Assembly (NCBI GenBank): GCA_951406725.2 | Contig: OX597827.1 | Span: forward strand, 48,670,001-48,734,000 | DNA length: 64,000 nt | Direction: 5' to 3' | DNA from: Octopus vulgaris | Taxonomy: Eukaryota | In this document: piece after piece, positions 54,310 through 64,000 of the stretch | Numbering within the stretch: position 1 is the first letter of the stretch | How the letters are laid out: the number at the start of each line of letters is the position of its first letter | The notes under the pieces: model-generated | Databases searched by the model: none | What the model saw: the letters and a program-made list of their open reading frames with translations, nothing else | Told to the model about the DNA's origin: nothing | Made by a program: the position numbers and the translations under genes

Positions 54310-54557
54310 GATCAGCAACAATTTAGATTCAAATGAATATGGTATTTAATTCAGATGCACCAGAATTTTGTATGGTGTTACCCATACAAATTTGCGGCGT
54401 GATTATAATCAAAAATAAGCAACAAGAATGATTCCGGTAATTTGGTACAATTGTTTCGTACTACAACATTTTATTAAAAGGTGTAAATATTACAGCAGAT
54501 TTAAGATGCTGAGTACTCTTCAGCCAGTTTATATAGGTTTTCCAATAATATAAAAGC

Positions 54558-54588
<31 letters not shown>

Positions 54589-54589
<1 letters not shown>

Positions 54590-54905
54590 TCTTTGTTTCA
54601 GTTTTAATGCTACGGTCATGCTGTGGCACTGCGTTGCCTGTGCTACACCATTATTTGAAGCCTCCTCTAATATGTGGCATTTGGTGAATGAGGAAGTTTG
54701 ATGCTGCTACCCTCATCTTTCCTGGCATGAAGCAGGCTCTTCTGCAACACGTGACATGAGGAGATCCAGTTTTGTTTTGAAGACACTTACACCCACACCA
54801 TGCAGGTCTCTCAGGCATTTTGGAAGGATATTTAAGAGCTCTGGGGCCCTTGAAAGTCAAGCTGTTGCTGTATCTGGTCCTGTATTATGACGGTGATGCT
54901 GGGAT
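54589..54905 (-). mobile_element. CR1-group LINE 3' end fragment
   Basis: Across frameshifts NSLTFKGP / LLNILPKCLRDLHGVGVSVFKTKLDLLMSRV / AASNFLIHQM, collinear with the C-terminus of ORF 18801-19766; flanked by (TA)n. Confidence 0.7.
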
Positions 54906-54912
54906 GTGTTTT

Positions 54913-54966
<54 letters not shown>

Positions 54967-55734
54967 CATATATATATATTTATATATATATATTTAAATA
55001 TATTTATATATATATATGTGTGTGTGTGTGTATGTGTGTTTATGTATATGTTCATTTTTGCGTAGGCATTCATATAATATATCGTGCACGATATATTTCT
55101 ATACACAAACTATACACAAAAAATTTTTTTCATGAGCAACTACACACCATTAAGTACATATTTCTATGCAAATATATAAATATCGCTTATTCTCCGGTTT
55201 CTATTCTTCCCTCAAGTCCCTTCAAATGTCATCTTTAATTGAACGGTAGCTGTATTGTTGATGATATTACAAAAGACGTATTTAATATATATCTACTTGA
55301 AATGTTCCAGTGTTATTCAGATCATCATTTCAGTAGTCTATCAATTTTTCTATAGGCCTATTCTTGTTTACTTTATCTCCTCTGCTTACAATCATTTTAT
55401 ACTTAATTTGATTACAATACATCTTACGGAAAAAAAAGTCAGTGAATGCTAAAGAAATGGAGATACGAGTTAATAAAAGTATGTTTGTATTTTCTACTGC
55501 GCAAGATATTGTATGAAATGTAGTCCTATTTATTTCTTTTTTTTTTTTCACAACTGTAGCATACTTAGAAATAAACATATTGTCTACAGTTGTATGTACA
55601 TAAAAAAAAAAACTGCCACACACAAATACACGCGCACTCACACGCACACACCCTCACACACACATATACATACATACGCACACACACACACATATATATA
55701 TATGTGTGTGTGTATGTGTGTGTGTGTATATCCA

Positions 55735-55935
55735 TGAGAATACATAGATAAAGCAAAACATACAAATCTGCACACATACATACATACATACATAGATACA
55801 TACATACATACATACACACATACATACAAAACTAGCGTGTTGATGTAATTCCAGTGTAGGTACCTTGGATCTAGGTTAGAAACTGGTTCTTTCTCTCTTT
55901 GCAAGAAATCTAGAAATATACTGAATAATGACATA
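55735..55935 (+). mobile_element. Copy of the (CATA)n-containing repeat at 11400-11680
   Basis: Shared caaaacatacaaatctgcaca and ggttagaaac...aatgacata. Confidence 0.7.
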
Positions 55936-57342
55936 TATACATAGGTACGTACGTACGTATATACATAACGTACATACATACATACATGCATTCATACATA
56001 GATACGTACATGCATACATACATATATATATACATACATACGTACATACATACATACATAGATACATACATACATACATACATACATACATACATACATA
56101 CATACATACATACATGCAGGCATTCAGTTGTCCTTTTCAATCAACCAACCACAATTTGCAGAAACACAAAAGTACATATGATATTTCAAGTTTTAGTGTA
56201 CTACTCCGACAGAAAATCTGAATTATAGGATGTGATTTTACATATGTAAGATATTTAGTAATGTACTATTGAAGGCGCCATCTTAAAACAACAGGTAATA
56301 TTCTGTATTATGAGTGCTGCATTGTTCTCTAAGTACAATTATTTCTTTAAATATATGTGTGTTTGAATGTGTGTGTCTACGTGCGTGCTTTATGAATATG
56401 TGGCAATTGGCAGAATCGCTAGAGCGAAAAATAAATTGCTTTACGTAAATGATTTCAGCTCGTTCTCCAGATCTTTACATCTTTCAGATGTAAAGTTTGT
56501 TTCCAGTCTCTAGAGGTCGATAAATATAATAATAGAGTCAGTGAATTATCTGGTGTCTGTGATTTTGAATTACAAAAGCCTGACCCTAACGGTTTCAAAC
56601 TGGGAAGTATATTATTCCATATACATATGCATAATGAAGACATATATGTATGTATGTTCTCTAATATACTCCATTGCCTCTCATACTTCTGAGATTCATG
56701 AAAGAAATGCCAGTCAAATAGTGAAAGTTTGGCTACGACACACCACTGAAACTAGTGGTCCGTGCCTTAGCTACAAATTGTTATTAGAATTGCTATGATA
56801 AAACAATGAATTACATAAATATTCAACAAGAACTTGCAGCGTTTAGTCAAGTGCCGTCTGAGCGCTCTAAGTTTAAATTCAGTCAACCTTGATTTTACTT
56901 TTAATTTCTAGTGAAATAACGAAGAACCAATCACGTACTGAAGTAACTGATATTTACCCGCACAATAATCCCTAGGCGCGTATCTATTTGTGTTTAAATT
57001 GCTGTTTAAATAGCTTTCTTTAGTATTGTGTTACAAATATATTAGAATTTCTTTTGTCATGTTATTTGTTACATTAATAGATATCAATAGAGTTTGAATC
57101 AAATAATCAATTCAGATATTTCTTTCCGAGACATATGCATATGTACTTATTTGTACTGTAGTAGTATTCCTAAATGTTATCGATGTAGGGCAATGAATAA
57201 ATCTATTGAAAATTTTATCTCTACATTTATCACAATATATGTGTCAGTCGTATTTTGACTAAAATATGAGACTGGTACTTCAGGAATGATAATTGTTCAA
57301 GTCGCTTCTCTGTATGTGTGTGCACATATGTATATGCATATG

Positions 57343-57373
<31 letters not shown>

Positions 57374-57534
57374 GTATATATGTGTATATATAAATATGTA
57401 TGTATATATGTGTATATATATATATGTTTGTATGTATGTATGAACGTATATATGTGTGTATATGTATATATATTTACGTATGTATGTATATCTGTACATA
57501 TAAATATACACGCATACATATATGTATACACACG

Positions 57535-57596
<62 letters not shown>

Positions 57597-57627
57597 TAAT
57601 ACTAATAATTATAATAATGATAATAAT

Positions 57628-57805
57628 AAATGTGACAAAGCAAGCTTGAAAAGAGGAGTAGCTAGCAACATCACACTAGATAAAGCACATGAAATAAAAG
57701 AATAAAACCAAATCCAAACATACAAACGTTTAGGAATCAATGAACTAGATACGAGACAATACACGCAAATGAAAGAGAAAATACAAAAAACAATAATATA
57801 AAGAT
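57628..57805 (+). mobile_element. Dong/R4-type RT internal fragment after (AAT)n
   Basis: KCDKASLKRG...ITLDKAHEIKE*NQIQTYKRLGINE...QMKEKI resembles the KC...YKYLGI region of R4/Dong RTs. Confidence 0.65.
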
Positions 57806-59163
57806 CGATTATAAAACTTAGCGGTTCGCCAAACGAGATCGATAGAGTAACTGAGCGGTTCGCCAAACGAGATCTAAAAAATAACTTCGCGGTTCGCTAA
57901 ACGAAATCGATATAATAACCTAGAGGTTCGCCTAACGAAATCGATGAAATTACCTAACAGTTCGCCAAACGAGGTCGATAGAATAAGTTAGCGGTTCGCT
58001 AAACGAGATCGATAGACTAAATTAGCGGTTCGCAAAACGAGATCGATAGAATAACTCATCGGTTCGGCAAACGAATTCGATAACATATAGCCGTTCGCCA
58101 AACGAGATCGATACAATAACTTACCGGTTCGCCAAACAAATTCGATAAAATAACTTAGCGGTTTGCCAAACGACATCGAAAGAATAACATAGCGGTTCGT
58201 CAAAACATATCGATATAATATCTTAGCGGTTCGCCAAAGAATATCGACAAAATAAATTAGCAGTTTGCCAAAAGAGATCGATATAACAACTTAAAGGTTC
58301 GCCAAATGAGATGAATATAATTTAGCGGTTCGCCCAATGCAATGATAGAATAATTTAGCGGTTCGCCAAACGACATGGATGGCATCACTTAGCGGTCCAC
58401 AAAATGGATTCGATGTAATAACATAGCAGTTCACCGAACGAGATCTATAAAATGACTTAGCGGTTCGTCAAACAACATCGATAGAATAACGTAGAGGTTC
58501 GCGAAACGAGATAGATACAATAACTTAGCGGTTCGCCAAACGGAATCGATGTAATAACATAGCTGTTCGCCAAACGATATGGATATAATAACTTAGCGGT
58601 TCGCCAAACGAGATCTATAAAATGACTTTGCGGTTCGCCTCGACGTCGATAGAATAACATAGCGGTTCGCCAAACCAGATCGATATAATAACCTAGTGGT
58701 TCGCCAAACGAAATCGATAGAATAACCTAGTGGTTTACCAAACGAGATAAATAGAACAATCTACCGGTTCACCAAACGGGATCGATATAATGACTTAGCA
58801 GTTCGCCAAAAGATATCGATAAAACAGGTTAGCGGTTCGCCAAAGTAGATCGATAAATAAACATAGTGATTCGACAAACGAAATCGATAAATTGACATAG
58901 CGGTTGGCCAAACGATATCGATCCAAAATCTAGCGGTTCGCCAAGTAAAATCGACAGAATAACTTGGCGGTTCGCCAAAGAAACTCGATAAAATATCCTA
59001 GCGTTTCGCCATAGGAAAACGATATAATAACCTGGCGGTTCGCCAAATGCGATCTATATAAGTTAGCGGTTCGCCAAAGGATAACGATAGAATAACAGCC
59101 GTTCGCCAAACGTAATCGATAGAAAAACTAGCGGTTCGCCAAACGGTAACGATAGAATAACTT
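57802..59163 (+). repeat. 34-bp tandem minisatellite, ~40 diverged copies
   Basis: Consensus TAACTTAGCGGTTCGCCAAACGAGATCGATAGAA; gcggtt cores at 57821, 57855, 57889 ... 59131. Confidence 0.95.
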
Positions 59164-59419
59164 TTCATCAGTGTCACCAGAGCTATCAGGTAAGCGGACC
59201 CAATTTTCAAATCAGCAACAAAGGAAATACAAGGAAGTCGGTTTTCCGATCTGGAATGAGCATTACTGGTGTTTCTAGGAAACTTTTACAACCACTGTTG
59301 CGGTTTCTCATGCTTCTGTTACTTACGTAACGGAGTATTTATGTAGAAGCAAAGAGAGACGCACTTAGAATTAATTGGTTTTCTAATTGTTTCTACGACA
59401 ACAGCTACTACTACTACTA

Positions 59420-59502
<83 letters not shown>

Positions 59503-59523
59503 ATAATAATAATAATAATAAAT

Positions 59524-60077
59524 GCCCTGATGCAGTACCAGGCAGTGGCTCTCATGGCTTCTGATCTTAACTGATTGGAAGTGTTATCATGTACATTGTT
59601 TTGTCTTGGTATAAAAGATGGGCTACAGCAAATATTCTGCTCAATACCACAGATTTGCTTGTCAGTTGTTTGACCGTAACCAGTTGAGCATGTCCCTTAG
59701 TGGCTGACGATATGTGCATCTCTGATCACGAGCAGAAGTAGTGGGGGAGCATCATAGCCATGTGTTGAGAGGGATTCTTTGGGGTTTGAATAGTTCACCT
59801 CTGGAAACATGGGTGGTTCTTTCAACATCCTTAAACAACCCTTATTCAGGGACCGTTTGAGCGGGATGGGCTACTCAACCTGAAGAAAATTCTAACTGGG
59901 CCCCACCTGCAAGGTCATGTGCTGTTTATCTTGATATGAGATCACCATGTCGCGCACATATGGTTGTGATGCATGTGCCTGGTGTACCTTTATCAGACGG
60001 GTAGTCATGATGAGTATATTGGGCTTCGTATATTTTACCCCAGTGTCACTTTGATGGCATGAACTGCTCTCTCACTC
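59524..60077. mobile_element. ~554-bp non-coding element inserted in (TAA)n
   Basis: Complex sequence bounded by (AAT)n on both sides within a (CTA)n/(TAA)n tract; no ORF of note and no TIRs. Confidence 0.65.
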
Positions 60078-60171
60078 AATAATAATAATAATAATAATAT
60101 CATTACTACTACCTCTTCTACTACTGCCACTACTACCACTACCATTACTACTACCTCTTCTTCTACTACTG

Positions 60172-60221
<50 letters not shown>

Positions 60222-61084
60222 GCTACTGCTGCTGCTGCTTTTTTTGTCCAATCAGGACCCACGCCATTAGGCACAAAGAATAATCTCTAATTCGAGCCTA
60301 CTCTATGCTACTAAGAATGCGTGTGGCGATAGACTGGTGGTTGCACGGACGCGAGAGCTAAGTTGTTATCCTCATTCCGTAAACGGTGGCTTTTTTTACG
60401 GGTGGAGAGCTGAACCATCCTGGGGTATAGAGGATTCGCAATCAAGACTAGGGTATTACACAATGATTCCTCTGCTTTGTGGCAGAAGTAGGAAGAAAGA
60501 GAGAGAAAGTCGATGTGAAAGAATACAGCGGGGTTCACTACCCTTCCCCACCTCGCGTTGCTTCTATCACCAGCACCAACACAGCTACAACAACTGCTAC
60601 CACTACCACTACTATTACTGTCACATCCACTGCTTCTATTACAACTTCTACACCCACCCTCATAGACTAATAGATCTCTTTTTTCATTCAGGACATTAAT
60701 TTCAGTCTTGCTCTATACGGTACGAAAGGAGCCTTTAGAGAAGGAAAGTGAGAGGGGGAGAACGACGTGTGCTTGAAATACAAACAAGTGCCAAATAAAC
60801 TGACCATTTATCAGTAGTCAACAAGAAAGACTGACGAATATACATGAGATATTTAGCCTACATACGCTGAGCAAAAGCTCAACACAAATCAATGACCAGG
60901 CTGGAATTCGTTCGACGAAATATTTCACGCCAAAACAATGATACTTAATTGTAATTACCTGTGTTTGTGTTTGATTCACTAATATTCTTTCAGTGCTGCA
61001 ACTGTTATACTGCTATATATATATATATATTACGGAGATGCACTTGCATAGCACATGACCTGATCTGTGCTAAAACAAAAACAA

Positions 61085-61364
61085 TTGCAGCGTGAAGGGT
61101 GTTTATAAGCCATTTAAAAACACACAAAATCCTTTAGATTCACTTCAACATTTAAATTAAATTCGCCAAAATATTTCCGTCGCTTTGAAACCGCGACCTG
61201 TTCACTGACAAAATTCCGTGCTGCATCTGCAAGGGATTTATTCAGTTAACAGATCACGGTTTAAAAGCGACGAAAATATTTTGGCAAATTTGATTTAATG
61301 TTGAATTGAAACTAATGTTTTTTGTGCGTCCTTAAATGGCTTATAAATACCTACCACGCAGCAA
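61085..61364. repeat. ~280-bp imperfect palindrome between (TA)n tracts (PLE pseudo-LTR-like)
   Basis: tttataagccatttaa / ttaaatggcttataaa; gccaaaatattt.cgtcgcttt / aaagcgacgaaaatattttggc. Confidence 0.85.
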
Positions 61365-61365
61365 T

Positions 61366-61421
<56 letters not shown>

Positions 61422-62167
61422 TCTTAACCTTTCTCCCCCCCCCCTTTCTCAGCCTTCATTCTTTTGGCTTTCCTTTTCTTCTACCCTACTGTCTCTCCCT
61501 CTCTCTCTCTCTCTCTTATTCTTCATTCTTTTCTCTACAACCATTCCCCTTTGTTTCTCTTCCTTTCTCTTACTCCTCCTCCCCCCTCCCGTCGCGGATC
61601 CGTGATGAGAAGGCTACTACTGTCTTCTGGCTACCTTCAAGTAGAGACGGCACATCTGTTGCTCCCTCGCCGTTCTCAAAAAATAGCGTTCGTAAAATTT
61701 TTTATCTCGTTCGGCTTAACAGCCCTTCTTGTTTGTGTTACTGTTATTCTCCTTGTCCTGTCTTTTACTGTTTATATTTTGTACTGTCGTTACTGTCCTG
61801 TTTTTGTTACCAATTTAACCCCTCCGCAAAAAAATCCGCAAATTTTATTTAATTTGATTTTCGCGGGAAGGAAAGTTTCATTAAAGTCATGTATCACCTT
61901 GACCTTCGAAACGTGGAGTAGATGAAACAAAGGCGACTGAAGAAGGGGAATTTTCCTTGTTTTGTATGTTCTGTACTCTATTTTTTCGTTGTTTAAGAAA
62001 AATGTCAATTTCCTTGGCTTTGTGTTTATGTTGTCGTTTCTCATTGTGTTTCAACCTTTTTTTGTGGTATCCTGTACCCATATATGCATGTATATATACA
62101 TGTAGAGGTAGGTACGTACATATATGTATGTACATATGCATATGTTTCATTTATTTATTAATTTTAT

Positions 62168-62213
<46 letters not shown>

Positions 62214-62245
62214 GATCAAAATAAAAACATGATGCGAAGGATTCA

Positions 62246-62323
62246 GCGGTACATATGTTTCGGGCCTTTATTAGACAGATTTATAACAATGCATAATGTA
62301 TGTCTGTGGCCTTCTTCAGCCGC
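62246..62323 (-). ncRNA. Minimal type I hammerhead ribozyme
   Basis: Minus strand gcgg-CTGAAGA-aggcc...ggccc-GAAA-catatg-TA-ccgc; palindromic stem III ACATATGT; GUA triplet. Confidence 0.82.
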
Positions 62324-62856
62324 GCACAACAGCTTCCACAAGGACATGTGTTACATCAGAAATTCTTGGTTGGGGATGCAAATCCTCCCATTCGCGTACG
62401 ACATAATGCGGCAGCAGCATAGAATTGAAGCGTCCATCTCTTTCTTCTCTCAATGTAGGATGAGGAAAAATGGATGTTGAAGTAATGTAAATAAATAAAT
62501 ACATGTATATACGTGAAGATGGGCGAGAATTCAGGACGAGGGATAAAAAATGTATAAAAAGTGTAAGTATAGAAGAATATAAAAATGTAGAGCATAAAGA
62601 TATAAAGAGATATAAGGAGATGTAAAGGGGGTATAAAGAATATAAAGAAATATAAAGAAATATAAATAAATGTAAAGGCATAAGGTTATAAAGTAAAACT
62701 AGAAATAGAAATAAAAATAAAAGTAAAAAAACATGATAAAAATGTAACAAAATATAAAAAAATATAAAGATAAGGGATGTATAGAGGTTAAGGACCAAGC
62801 ATGGTGGTCAGGAGATTGATAAAATTTAGTTGTAGAATTGTCAGTAAATCAACAGT

Positions 62857-64000
62857 CTATACAGAGACGACGCTCTCTTCATATACCCCACCAACAATAG
62901 GAGTAAACTAGAAAGAATTAGGAAAAAGATCAGGCTTTTTTTCAAATCCTTCAATCTTAAACTAGAATTTATGACCAATACTAAAATAGTAAACTTCTTA
63001 GATGTTACGTTAGACCTGAATAAGCACCTTCACCACCCGTATAGGAAACCCGAAGAAACTACCAAATACATCCATACCTCTTCCAACCATCCACCCTGTA
63101 TAATTAGCACCACAGTCCAAGCCATCTCAGACAGACTGACAAAACTATCCTCTAATAGAGAAATTTTCAATAATCACGCACAACACTACAACCAGGCTCT
63201 CTATAGTGCCGGGTATAACCAGAGAATATCATATGTAGACTACCCGGGAGCGTCCGTCTGCCATAAAACTTCCAATTATAATCGAACTCAGCACTCAACT
63301 CACACTAGCGATAATTCTAATTTAAACTCCAAACAACGTATAGGAAATAGGCGAACTAATAGAATAGCACACAATAGTAACCCTCCCGACGAGAACAATA
63401 TAGATCCTATTAGGAGAAATAGAAGGGATAATAGATTACGCAAATACATATGGTTCAACTTACCTTACAACTTAGCAGTTAGGGGTAAGTTATGTAAGAG
63501 AATATTCTCTATCATTTCCAACAACTTCCCACCCACCCACAAGTATAGAAGTATCTTCTCCAACAAAACCATTAGGATTTCCTACTCTACCCTGCCCAAC
63601 ATGAGCTGCCTCATAGCTAAACATAACTATATTAATATTAGAACAGCTAGATCAAGAGCAAACCATAGCGACCAACAGAACCCCCCTCATCTAGACAGTA
63701 GACAATATAACCAGACTGGCAGCCATACTACCCAAACAGTTAGTAATAACTCCCGCCAACACAACAGAGGAAATACTACACCCATCAACAACCAGGAGGA
63801 TATCAACGCCCCCACTCGTATTGCAACACCTCCGCCTGGGATTAGTAGCACACGACCGAATAATGCAATGCAATGCAACTGCAGATGTGCATCAGAGTGC
63901 CCGCTGCAGGGCGCATGACGGGCGAAAAACGTAATATATTCATGTGAGGTGAGTACCCAGTTTAACACACTCACCTATATTGGTTGCTCAACCTCCTGGA
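62857..64000 (+). CDS. PLE RT C-terminal half, linker and start of GIY-YIG (5'-truncated; one in-frame TGA at 63916-63918)
   Basis: LYRDDALF...VNFLDVTLDL...YIHTSSNHPP...IWFNLPY...CNCRCASECPLQGA*RAKNVIYSC...TYIGCS, all in one frame. Confidence 0.8.

Larger units (their letters stand above)
62210..64000 (+). mobile_element. Penelope-like element (Hydra-clade-like), 5'-truncated with presumed inverted pseudo-LTR; runs off the window
   Basis: RT begins at YRDD (~62860); 62210-62845 is non-coding with an antisense hammerhead, as expected for an inverted pseudo-LTR; (TA)n left flank. Confidence 0.88.

Noticed and set aside
57802-59163. CRISPR-like appearance of a regularly spaced conserved motif
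   Set aside because: The intervening bases are homologous between units (no unique spacers), there are no cas genes, the context is eukaryotic, and the unit matches a SINE segment
59524-59580. HDV-like ribozyme at the start of the TAA-inserted element
   Set aside because: A P1-like pairing (gccctga/tcatggc) exists but no convincing P3/L3, P1.1 or J4/2

Overview
AT-rich, microsatellite-dense eukaryotic non-genic (intronic or intergenic) DNA, most likely from an octopus genome, inferred from the tRNA-derived SINE families. I found no convincing host exon; most of the ORF track is translation of (TA)n, (CA)n, (CATA)n, (GATA)n and (TAA)n repeats. Recognisable content is transposon-derived: three Penelope-like elements (PLEs; RT plus C-terminal GIY-YIG, two showing a CxCx5C linker, Hydra-clade-like) in (TA)n, two with inverted pseudo-LTRs; Dong/R4-type elements stacked in (TAA)n; CR1-group and RTE LINE remnants; a mariner with MITEs; a Helitron helicase remnant and three non-autonomous Helitrons, two fused head-to-tail; and several SINEs. 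The most interesting layer is RNA structure: a series of type I hammerhead ribozyme motifs, including a 135-bp near-perfect palindrome of two back-to-back hammerheads and a possible G3-C8 core-swapped variant. Also notable are an in-frame TGA at a conserved Cys just before the GIY-YIG of an otherwise open PLE ORF, and a ~40-copy 34-bp array amplified from a SINE interior. All calls are by eye; no searches were run.
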